The notes below the pieces were generated by a model, which saw only the letters and a list, made by a program, of their open reading frames with translations, had not been told where the DNA came from and ran no database searches. From a virus (lineage: Duplodnaviria; Caudoviricetes), in the IMG/VR virus record IMGVR_UViG_3300023263_000008, positions 1 to 29,923 of that record: 29,923 nt of DNA; one strand, given 5' to 3'. The position numbers and the translations under genes are program-made. Below are positions 15,417 to 23,052 of the stretch, piece after piece (the first letter of the stretch is position 1; every line of letters starts with the position of its first letter).

Positions 15417-16396
15417 GGCTGGGAGGGGCCGCCAGAGCGTTTTCAGCGGGTGGCCGCTATCCGACAGCCTACTATAACGAAAACGATCCCTACGCGGCTC
15501 TCTGGCTCCGCAATCTCATATCACAAAAACTGATAGCTCCCGGAGATGTCGATGAGCGATCAATACTCGATGTGGCCGGAGACGATCTCCGAGGCTATGT
15601 CCAGTGCCACTTCTTCGCCGGCATCGGCGGCTGGTCCTACGCCCTCCGCCTTGCCGGCTGGCCCGACGACCGTCCCGTCTGGACCGGCTCCTGTCCCTGT
15701 CAGCCGCTTTCGGGCGCGGGACAGCGGAAAGGCCATGCTGACGAGCGACACCTCTGGCCCGCTTTTCACGACCTCATCGCCGAGCGCGCGCCTCCAGTCG
15801 TCTTTGGAGAGCAGGTTGCGAGCAAGGATGGACGTGAATGGCTCGCCGGAGTACGCGCTGACCTGGAAGGTCTGGGATATGCTGTCGGGGCCGCCGATCT
15901 GTGCGCTGCGAGCGTCAGCGCGCCGCACATCCGACAGCGGCTTTGGTGGGTCGCAAGCGGGCTGGCCGACGCCCACGGCACTGGACCGGGTGCGGGACGA
16001 GGAGACGATGGCGAAGTGCGCGGCCTTCCGGAAGCGCAACGCCAACCAGAAGACGGTGCCGCTGTACCTGGGCGAGGTGGCACAGATGGCGGGCTGGCCG
16101 ACGCCGGTAGGCAAGGATGCCTCAAGCCACGGCTCCAGCCACGCGAAGACGGCGACCCATCACCCTGGCACGACCTTGACGGAAGCGGCGAGAATGACTG
16201 GCTCTGGCTCCCCTGCACAGACGGAAAAGCGCGGCGCACTCAATCCGGCATTTTCCCTTTGGCTTCAGGGCTACCCACCGGAATGGATGGCCTCGGCCCC
16301 ATCAGCCGCGTCGGTACGCTCCGCGGGGCGGGGAATTCCATCGTCCCGCAAGTCGCCGCAGAATTTATCCAAGCCTTCGAAGAAAGTAGAAAATAG
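15413..16396 (+). CDS. DNA (cytosine-5) methyltransferase, catalytic (alpha) polypeptide
   Basis: GTG 15413 with GGAGG SD; HFFAGIGG (I), GSCPCQPLS.AG (IV), DERHLW (V), FGEQV (VI), APHIRQRLWWVA (VIII), GNSIVPQVA (X). No motif IX in this frame. Confidence 0.88.
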   Translation: MRLGGAARAFSAGGRYPTAYYNENDPYAALWLRNLISQKLIAPGDVDERSILDVAGDDLRGYVQCHFFAGIGGWSYALRLAGWPDDRPVWTGSCPCQPLSGAGQRKGHADERHLWPAFHDLIAERAPPVVFGEQVASKDGREWLAGVRADLEGLGYAVGAADLCAASVSAPHIRQRLWWVASGLADAHGTGPGAGRGDDGEVRGLPEAQRQPEDGAAVPGRGGTDGGLADAGRQGCLKPRLQPREDGDPSPWHDLDGSGENDWLWLPCTDGKARRTQSGIFPLASGLPTGMDGLGPISRVGTLRGAGNSIVPQVAAEFIQAFEESRK

Positions 16397-16403
16397 CAGT
16401 TGA
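15552..16403 (+). CDS. Nested +1-frame ORF: putative MTase beta polypeptide (TRD + motif IX)
   Basis: Open for >280 codons, almost wholly inside the MTase gene; GGAG 6 nt before ATG 15552; two GWPTP..D modules and LNPAFSLWLQGYPPEW (motif IX-like). Confidence 0.72.
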   Translation: MSDQYSMWPETISEAMSSATSSPASAAGPTPSALPAGPTTVPSGPAPVPVSRFRARDSGKAMLTSDTSGPLFTTSSPSARLQSSLESRLRARMDVNGSPEYALTWKVWDMLSGPPICALRASARRTSDSGFGGSQAGWPTPTALDRVRDEETMAKCAAFRKRNANQKTVPLYLGEVAQMAGWPTPVGKDASSHGSSHAKTATHHPGTTLTEAARMTGSGSPAQTEKRGALNPAFSLWLQGYPPEWMASAPSAASVRSAGRGIPSSRKSPQNLSKPSKKVENSS

Positions 16404-16428
16404 CAGGACGTAGCCCATAGCCTACATA
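16400..16428 (+). promoter_or_regulatory. Sigma70-type promoter with inverted repeat operator
   Basis: TTGACA (16400-16405), 17 bp, TACATA (16423-16428); imperfect palindrome GTAGCCCATAGCCTAC at 16410-16425. Confidence 0.7.
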
Positions 16429-16470
16429 GAGATGGTCAGGAGGCAGTGAGCCTCGCCCTAAAACAGGAGA

Positions 16471-16677
16471 ATGAAGATGACCTACAACGTTCGCTTTTCC
16501 GGTGACCGCGAGTGCATGATCTCCGAGGGCTACAAGTGGGCCGTGACCACCCCTCGCGGAGATGACGTCGGCGGGGTTGTCAGCCGCCACCGCACATATG
16601 CCGCTGCAGAGCGCGCCGCCAAGGGCCGCGACCTCGCCATCATCGACCTCCTCGACGCCACCTCCGGGGCACGCTGA
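16471..16677 (+). CDS. Small hypothetical protein
   Basis: CAGGAG SD; VVSRHRTYAAAERA motif; 68 aa. Confidence 0.7.
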   Translation: MKMTYNVRFSGDRECMISEGYKWAVTTPRGDDVGGVVSRHRTYAAAERAAKGRDLAIIDLLDATSGAR

Positions 16678-16679
16678 CA

Positions 16680-16982
16680 ATGACCCCCGCCATGAAAGCC
16701 GCCACCGATCAGATCAAGGCCGCAGACGGCCTCTACCCGCTGCTCGCCGCGCTCAATCACCTCCAGAGCGCCTTCGACGACTGGAATTACGACGGGTCTG
16801 TCGACATGGAGCACGTCCTGCACGAGGCAGGCATCGACCTCTGCATGCTGCCGACCTTCGGCGGTGAGGAGCCGGACAGCACGATCGGCGTCTGGTCGTG
16901 GGACGAGGATGAACTGCTGGTCGGCGAGGGTTCGTTCTACGGCTGGCACATCGTCCCGCGCAACGGCGAAATCGACGACTAA
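16680..16982 (+). CDS. Small acidic protein (LPTFGGEEP..VWSWDE)
   Basis: 100 aa, D/E-rich, coupled to its neighbours. Confidence 0.7.
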   Translation: MTPAMKAATDQIKAADGLYPLLAALNHLQSAFDDWNYDGSVDMEHVLHEAGIDLCMLPTFGGEEPDSTIGVWSWDEDELLVGEGSFYGWHIVPRNGEIDD

Positions 16983-17194
16983 TGACCCCCGCTGAATTCA
17001 AAGCCATCCGCAAGCAGCTCGGCCTTAGCACCGTCGCTATGGGCCGAGCCATCGGTTACGAGGGCAAGGACAACACCGTCTCCGTCACCATCCGCAAGTA
17101 CGAAAGCGGCGGTCGACCGATCCCCCCATGGATCGCCCGCCTGATGCTGATGTATGCGGACCACGGCCTGTTGCCATCGTGGCGAACGGGCTGA
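16982..17194 (+). CDS. XRE-family HTH regulator (Aca-like)
   Basis: MTPAEFKAIRKQLGLS...IRKYESGGRPIPPWIARL; TAATG coupling. Confidence 0.8.
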   Translation: MTPAEFKAIRKQLGLSTVAMGRAIGYEGKDNTVSVTIRKYESGGRPIPPWIARLMLMYADHGLLPSWRTG

Positions 17195-17201
17195 TCGACG
17201 G

Positions 17202-17230
17202 TTGACATCGCATTCCGCCAATGGCAACTT
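17202..17230 (+). promoter_or_regulatory. Putative late promoter
   Basis: TTGACA (17202-17207), 17 bp, CAACTT, upstream of terS. Confidence 0.5.
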
Positions 17231-17419
17231 ACTAGGCATCAGTCATGTGCCTCGGTGCTAATAATCACGGCCCGCCCATGCTCGTCCGCGCTCGCCGTCG
17301 GAGGAAAACATACCCAAAGCGACTAGCGGCAAGGTTGTATCTGCAGGCTCGCGAAGCCGGCATGAACCCGCAAGAAGCCGCACAACAGGTTACTTTAGGC
17401 TTAAAGCAAAATCAAAACC

Positions 17420-17848
17420 TTGGCTCAACTAGACATGGTGTTCAAGCCCGGACAGGTAGGTAACCCTCTCGGACGCAATGCCCCGAGGGAAAAGCCATTG
17501 CGTGACGCCCTCCGCATGGAGCTCGCAGCCGCAGAACTCGGCGATCCAGTCCCGGTAAAGCCCGGAACCATGCGAGACCTCGCCCGAGCACAGATCAACA
17601 AGGCCAGAGATGGCGACAGCACGGCCTTCGAGATCATCGCCAATCGCATCGACGGCAAGGTCGCCCAGCCCATTGCGGGCGACGATGAAAGCCCACCTGC
17701 AAGGCTCGAACTGGTATGGCTGACGGGGCTCCAGGAACTGCACGCATCATCATCCCATACGGTTTTAGAGAACCATTCCGGCCCCTCCACCAGCGCAAAC
17801 AGCGATGGGCTGCAATCGTCGCCCACCGAAGAGCCGGCAAAACCGTAG
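17420..17848 (+). CDS. terS: Terminase small subunit
   Basis: FKPGQVGNPLGR N-motif, KA..GD..A...I..RIDGK..Q.I.GD; precedes terL. Confidence 0.8.
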   Translation: MAQLDMVFKPGQVGNPLGRNAPREKPLRDALRMELAAAELGDPVPVKPGTMRDLARAQINKARDGDSTAFEIIANRIDGKVAQPIAGDDESPPARLELVWLTGLQELHASSSHTVLENHSGPSTSANSDGLQSSPTEEPAKP

Positions 17849-19011
17849 CCTGCGTCAACGACCTCATCCTCCGCGCCTCCCTCATCAAGCGCGAACAGCC
17901 TCCCCCCCGTCTCGGATACCTCGCCCCGACCTACACCCAGGCCAAAGACGTCGCCTGGGCCTATCTCAAACACTACACCTCCCCCATTCCGGGCATGGAA
18001 TTCCGCGAGGTCGACCTGCAGGTCACCCTGCCCACCGGGGCCAGTATCCGCCTCTACGGCGCCGACAACTACGATCGGATGAGGGGCCTCTACTTCGACC
18101 TCGTCGTGGTCGACGAACCTGCCGACATCGACCCCCGCGCCTGGCCTGAAGTCATCCGCCCGACCCTTGCCGATCATGCCGGCGGGGCCGTCTTCATCGG
18201 CACCCCGAGGGGCCGCAACTGGCTCCACGACCTCGTCATAGCCGGCGAGAAAGACCCGGAGCACTGGCTCGTCTTAAGGCTCCCCGCCAGCCAGACCAAC
18301 ATTCTCCCGGCAGCCGAGCTCGAGGACGCCCGGCGGACGATGAGCCCGGAGCAGTACGAGCAGGAATTCGAGTGCTCGTTCGAGGCCGCCATCACCGGGG
18401 CCTACTATGCCCCGCAAATGGCGAACTGCGAGAAAGACAAGCGCATAACCGGCGTGCCTTACGATCCTGGTGCCCGGGTCTGGACGGCATGGGATCTCGG
18501 CATATCAGACCGCACCGTGATATGGTTCGCCCAGGTGGTTGGCCGCGAGATCCATCTGATCGACTACTACGAAATGGACGGGATGGCCCTCGAGCACTAC
18601 GTCCAGCAGATCGAAAAGCGGCCCTACCTCTACGCCGGCCACATCCTTCCCCATGACGTCGAGGCCCGCGAGCTCGGCACCGGCAAGAGCCGCAAAGAGG
18701 TGCTCGAGGGGCTTGGCCTCAAGGTCACCGTCTGCAAGCGGCTCGAGGTCGAGGACGGCATCAACGCCGCCCGCATGATCCTGCCGCGCTGTTGGTTCGA
18801 CAAAACCAAGACGGAGCGCGGGGTCGACGGCCTCAAGATGTACCGCAGCGAATACGACGCCAAGCTGCAGACGCCCAAGCCCAAGCCGGTACATGACTGG
18901 GCGAGCCACATTGCCGACAGCTTCCGCTATCTCGCCATTTCGATCGACCAGACCATCGACCAGAGCGGCTTCAACCGGAAACTCGTCTATTCGAAGCTGG
19001 GCCTGGCTTAG
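17716..19011 (+). CDS. terL: Terminase large subunit
   Basis: HRRAGKT Walker A, APTYTQAK, VVVDE Walker B, IGTPRG, AWDLG RNaseH-like nuclease, HDWASHIADSFRY. Confidence 0.95.
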   Translation: MADGAPGTARIIIPYGFREPFRPLHQRKQRWAAIVAHRRAGKTVACVNDLILRASLIKREQPPPRLGYLAPTYTQAKDVAWAYLKHYTSPIPGMEFREVDLQVTLPTGASIRLYGADNYDRMRGLYFDLVVVDEPADIDPRAWPEVIRPTLADHAGGAVFIGTPRGRNWLHDLVIAGEKDPEHWLVLRLPASQTNILPAAELEDARRTMSPEQYEQEFECSFEAAITGAYYAPQMANCEKDKRITGVPYDPGARVWTAWDLGISDRTVIWFAQVVGREIHLIDYYEMDGMALEHYVQQIEKRPYLYAGHILPHDVEARELGTGKSRKEVLEGLGLKVTVCKRLEVEDGINAARMILPRCWFDKTKTERGVDGLKMYRSEYDAKLQTPKPKPVHDWASHIADSFRYLAISIDQTIDQSGFNRKLVYSKLGLA

Positions 19012-19295
19012 GGCAGGTGCTCAAATAAGAGGGCTCGTATGGCCTGCGGCCGGGTCAGGCCCCTGCGATAGCGGTCGAGGCGGGCGAGCAGCCTCGGCTG
19101 GAGGCGGACGGTGACAGCCTCGCCTTTGACCCGCATGATCTCAGGCCGCGGCTTGGGATGGCTCCGCGGTGCCGGGGTCTCATCCTCCCGGGCCTCGACA
19201 CCGCGGTCCAGCGGCTCCGCTGGGAGGGATGGGCCGGCCTCGGTGAACATCGGCCGGCGCGGCAGCACGGGAAATGGATCAGGTTTCTTTGTCAT
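19008..19295 (-). CDS. Ribbon-helix-helix (CopG-like) regulator
   Basis: GEAVTVRLQPRLLARLDRYRRGLTRPQAIRALL; start likely ATG 19295 or 19298, possibly leaderless. Confidence 0.65.
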   Translation of the reverse strand: MTKKPDPFPVLPRRPMFTEAGPSLPAEPLDRGVEAREDETPAPRSHPKPRPEIMRVKGEAVTVRLQPRLLARLDRYRRGLTRPQAIRALLFEHLP

Positions 19296-19330
19296 CATGC
19301 CATCATGACGGCATGGTGTTATAACGTCAA
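19289..19330. promoter_or_regulatory. Overlapping promoter(s) with palindromic operators
   Basis: Minus-strand TTGACG (19330-19325), 17 bp, CATGAT; near-perfect palindrome CATCATGCCATCATGACGGCATGGTG (19293-19318) and GTTATAAC (19318-19325). Confidence 0.6.
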
Positions 19331-19348
19331 GACCGAGGCGAGACACTG

Positions 19349-19594
19349 ATGGCAATCACGATCCCCGAGACAATGCCCGAGGACTGGTTCGGCGAGGCCG
19401 AGGCCGACCTCGGCAACATCGCCAACGACCCCGACCTGCGGCAGGCCATGGAGGCCGCCTATCAGGACGGCCTCGAGGCGATGGAAGTCGACCACATCGT
19501 CGGCCGGCTGAAAGACCGCTGCATGGCGGCGGCAAACACCGCCAACCACCACCTGACGGCAGAGCCCGTCGAAGCCGGGACCGAGACGACCTGA
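19349..19594 (+). CDS. Hypothetical acidic protein
   Basis: GAGG SD; 81 aa; abuts the portal start. Confidence 0.6.
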   Translation: MAITIPETMPEDWFGEAEADLGNIANDPDLRQAMEAAYQDGLEAMEVDHIVGRLKDRCMAAANTANHHLTAEPVEAGTETT

Positions 19595-19595
19595 C

Positions 19596-22256
19596 ATGGC
19601 ACGTTTGGAGGAACGCGAACTCACGGCCATCCTCGCCGCTGAGAAGCGCGACGCTTTGTCGGCCGACCAGGCGGCCAAGCTCAGCGAAGAGCGCGAGCGC
19701 GGCATGGACTACTACAACGGCGACATGAGCGCCGACATGCCGTCCCAGCCCGATCGGTCGAGGGCGGTCTCCTCCGACGTGCTCGACGTGGTCGAGGGCC
19801 TGATGCCGGGCCTGATGGAGATATTCGCCGGCGGCGACGAGGTGGTGCGCTTCAACCCGGTGTCCGAGGAGGACGAGGCACAGGCGGAGCAGGAAACGGA
19901 CTACGTCAACCACGTCTTCCTGCAGAAAAACGATGGCTTCCTCGTCAGCTACAGCTTCGTGAAGGACGCGCTGCTGAGCAAAAACGGCGTGGTCAAGATC
20001 TTCTGGGAGGAGAAGGAAGAGGAGGAGCGGGAGACATTTTACGATCAGCCGGATGATGTCTACGCACTGTTCGTGGCCGACCCCGAGGTCGAGATTGTCG
20101 AGCACACGGAACACCCGCCCGAGTATCCGCCTCCCCCGGTCCCCCCGATGGGCGGTGGTGTAGTGCCCGGCCCGGCACCTGTTCCCGGTCCACCCGGGCC
20201 GGGCATGATGATGCCGCCAATGACGGGTGGATCGCCCCCCGGGGCACATCCTGGCAATGGATACTTCCCGCCACCGACGATGCCGGGTGCCAATCCCCCG
20301 ATCGGGAACCTGCCCTTGGACATGGGTGCAGTTCCCGGAGGGCCGGGAAATCCCCCCATGGAGCCACCCCCCGGCCTGCCCGGGGGTCCGCCACATGCCC
20401 TCGGTGGACCTCCGGGTTCTGCTCCGCCGATGGGCGGCGGAATGCCTCCCCAGGGGCCTGCGGAGCCCCCTCCAGAGGTTTTGGCGCTCCTGGCGGCCTA
20501 CGGTCCCACCCACGACTTCACCACCGTCCAGAAGCGCAAATACGGGTGCTGCCGGGTCGAGCCGGTGCCGCCGGAGGAATTTGGGGTCAGCCGGAGGGCG
20601 AAACTGGGCCAACCGCTCGACTATAGCTACCACAAGGTGCAGCGCACGGTCGCCGAGCTCATTCGCCAGGGCTTCGATGCCGACCAGCTCGAGGATCTTC
20701 CCGACAGCCCGCCGGACGAGAACAGCGAGAGCATCGCCCGCGACACGATCGACGACGACAGGACGTTCTCCTCGTCGGTCAACCGGGCAACCAGGCTGAT
20801 CACCGTCACCGAGCACTACGCCACGCTCGACTACGAGGGCGACGGCAAGGCGCGACTGTACCGGGTGACCACGGCCGGTGACGACGACGGGCAGGTGCTC
20901 ACCCGCGACGGCGAACTCGACATCGTCCCGGTCGACTTCGATCCGTTCGCCGTGATGACGCCGATCATCGTCACGCATCGCTTTTTCGGCAAGAGCGTGC
21001 CCGACCTGACGATGGACATCCAGCGCATCAAGACGGCGCTCTACCGCGGCATGCTCGACAACGTGTACCTGGCGAATAATCAGAGGATCGAGATCAGCGA
21101 CAGCCACGCCGGCCAGAACACGATCGACGACCTGTTGAACAACCGGCCTGGCGGGCTGGTGCGGACCAAGGCGCCCGGTGGCCTCCTGCCCATCCCCAAC
21201 CAGAACCTCGGCGAATACGTCTATCCGGCGCTCGAGTACATGGACACGGTGCGGGAGTGGCGGACGGGTGTCGTGCGGCAGGGCGTTGGCATCGACAGCG
21301 ATGCGCTCCAGAACCAGAGCGCCACCGCGGTGCGGCAGACCTACAATGCCGCCCAGGCCAAGATGAGGCTGAACGCCCGGGTGATGGCCGAGGTCGGCTT
21401 CAAGCAACTGTTCTGGAAGATGCATGCGACGATCCGCAAGAACGAGGGCAGCCGGCCCACGGTCAAGCTGCGGGGCAAGTGGACGACGGTCGACCCCCGG
21501 CAGTGGCGGAAGCGTGACGACCTGACCATCAGCGTCGGGCTGGGGTCGGGCGGCAAGGCCGAACAGGCCGCCTTCTGGAACCAGATACTGCTCATCCAGA
21601 AAGAGGCTATCCAACTGCCCGGGCAGAACATCGTCAAGCCCGACAACATCTATGCTGTGTTGCAGAAGCTGCTGGCTGCCGGCGGCGAGAAGAGCGCTGA
21701 GCCGTATTTCAGCGACCCGTCTGATCCCGCCAACCCGCCCGGCCAGGAGAAGCCTGACCCGAAGATGATCGAAATGCAGGGCAAGATGCAGTTGCAGAAG
21801 TCGCAGTTGCAGGCCGACCAGCAGAAGATGATGGCGGATGCCAAGATGAAGCAGGCCGAGGTGCAGGCCCGCATGGAAATGGAGAAACTGCAGGCCGAGG
21901 CGGACATTGCGTCGAACGACCGGAAAATCCAGGCGGACATAGCGCTGGCGCGGGAGAAGTTCGCGCTCGAGCGCGAGATCAAGGTGCTGGAATTCCAGTT
22001 GGAGCAGAAGAAGACGGAGGCGGAGCTCGCCGGCAAGGCAATGGAGCGGCAGGCCATCAGCCAGGAGAAGGCTTTCGAGCGGAGCCAGGTGCAGGCGCAG
22101 GGCGAGCAGAGCCGGCAGGCATCGAGCGATGGCGAGAATGCCCGGATGGCTGAGATCCTCAAGGCGGTGACGGCGCCCAGGCGGGTGGTTCGCGATCCCC
22201 GGACCAACCGGGTGATCGGGGTCGAGAGTGTGATGAACGGGGACGCGAGAGGATAA
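19596..22256 (+). CDS. Portal protein (P22-like)
   Basis: R...MDYYNG, S..VSSDV.D.VE..MP.L..IF, A.QETDYVN, KDALL.K.G..K..W, VPPEEF, PF......HRFFGKS, long C-terminal Q/E/K coiled-coil barrel. Confidence 0.92.
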   Translation: MARLEERELTAILAAEKRDALSADQAAKLSEERERGMDYYNGDMSADMPSQPDRSRAVSSDVLDVVEGLMPGLMEIFAGGDEVVRFNPVSEEDEAQAEQETDYVNHVFLQKNDGFLVSYSFVKDALLSKNGVVKIFWEEKEEEERETFYDQPDDVYALFVADPEVEIVEHTEHPPEYPPPPVPPMGGGVVPGPAPVPGPPGPGMMMPPMTGGSPPGAHPGNGYFPPPTMPGANPPIGNLPLDMGAVPGGPGNPPMEPPPGLPGGPPHALGGPPGSAPPMGGGMPPQGPAEPPPEVLALLAAYGPTHDFTTVQKRKYGCCRVEPVPPEEFGVSRRAKLGQPLDYSYHKVQRTVAELIRQGFDADQLEDLPDSPPDENSESIARDTIDDDRTFSSSVNRATRLITVTEHYATLDYEGDGKARLYRVTTAGDDDGQVLTRDGELDIVPVDFDPFAVMTPIIVTHRFFGKSVPDLTMDIQRIKTALYRGMLDNVYLANNQRIEISDSHAGQNTIDDLLNNRPGGLVRTKAPGGLLPIPNQNLGEYVYPALEYMDTVREWRTGVVRQGVGIDSDALQNQSATAVRQTYNAAQAKMRLNARVMAEVGFKQLFWKMHATIRKNEGSRPTVKLRGKWTTVDPRQWRKRDDLTISVGLGSGGKAEQAAFWNQILLIQKEAIQLPGQNIVKPDNIYAVLQKLLAAGGEKSAEPYFSDPSDPANPPGQEKPDPKMIEMQGKMQLQKSQLQADQQKMMADAKMKQAEVQARMEMEKLQAEADIASNDRKIQADIALAREKFALEREIKVLEFQLEQKKTEAELAGKAMERQAISQEKAFERSQVQAQGEQSRQASSDGENARMAEILKAVTAPRRVVRDPRTNRVIGVESVMNGDARG

Positions 22257-22258
22257 CC

Positions 22259-22633
22259 ATGGCTCTTATTGCGGACAGCGTCTTTGACGCGGGACTGGCG
22301 ACGATCACGTCAGGCGGCACCAAGATCGACATCTGCTCGTCGGAGCCGGCGGCCTATGCCGGCATTGCCGGCGTCACCCTTGGCAACAAGACCGGACTGA
22401 CGACGGGCGCGGCGGCCAATGGCGCGACCAACGGTCGACGGGTGACGGTGCCGGCGATCACCAGCGGCGCTCCAGGCTCGGTGACGGCCACCGGCACGGC
22501 ATCCCATTGGGCGCTGTCGAACGGGTCGAGCACGCTCTATGCGGCGGGCCAGTTGACGGCGACCCAGGCGGTGACCAACGGCAATACGTTCACTTTGGAC
22601 GCTATAGATATCACCATCGCGGACGCCACATGA
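22259..22633 (+). CDS. Virion structural protein (small beta-rich)
   Basis: GAGGA SD; VTATGTASHWAL...LYA.G.LTATQAVT.GNTFTL pattern common in phage structural genes. Confidence 0.65.
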   Translation: MALIADSVFDAGLATITSGGTKIDICSSEPAAYAGIAGVTLGNKTGLTTGAAANGATNGRRVTVPAITSGAPGSVTATGTASHWALSNGSSTLYAAGQLTATQAVTNGNTFTLDAIDITIADAT

Positions 22634-23052
22634 CCGACTGGATCGTCTGGTATGACGATGGCAGCTCGTTCTCCTCGGACGAGGGCGAGCCGGAAGATGC
22701 CCCGACCGATGGCGTAATCGTGGTGGCGGTCAGCGACATCAGGACCGGCCGGCTGATGTGGAACTCGGCCGATTACTATTGCTGGCATGATCCGCCAGGC
22801 GAGTGGGTGCCGCATAACCAGCGTGGCCTTGATCGCTTTCTGGCTCTCGGTGGCAAGACCTTCGTCGCCGGCTACACAGTGCCCCAGGCGACCTGGCAGA
22901 AGGTGTACCAGCAGGCTCTGGACGACGACCGCATGGCGTTCAAGACGGCGTGGTTGCCGGCTGAGCAGGAGAGTTACGCGCCTATCGGCGATCGACAATC
23001 CTTCGAAAAGGAGTGGGAGCAGACGGCCGCCAAGCCGAAGAAGGGCAAGTAG
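22630..23052 (+). CDS. Hypothetical protein
   Basis: Start revised to ATG 22630 (ATGA overlap); MTDWIVWYDDGSSFSS..G.P..AP..GV.VV. Confidence 0.65.
   Translation: MTDWIVWYDDGSSFSSDEGEPEDAPTDGVIVVAVSDIRTGRLMWNSADYYCWHDPPGEWVPHNQRGLDRFLALGGKTFVAGYTVPQATWQKVYQQALDDDRMAFKTAWLPAEQESYAPIGDRQSFEKEWEQTAAKPKKGK

Noticed and set aside
17245-17463. 72-aa ORF upstream of terS
   Set aside because: No SD, atypical codon usage; more likely late leader or packaging-region DNA.
20110-20480. Portal insertion as an intein or intron
   Set aside because: No C/S start, HN-C/S/T end or endonuclease motifs; the frame is continuous low-complexity sequence.
19356-21614. 752-aa minus-strand ORF and similar long antisense ORFs (11575-12645, 25974-27092, 17425-18264)
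   Set aside because: Shadow frames of high-GC genes with clear plus-strand function; no motifs or SD. The MTase nested frame differs because it carries the missing motif.
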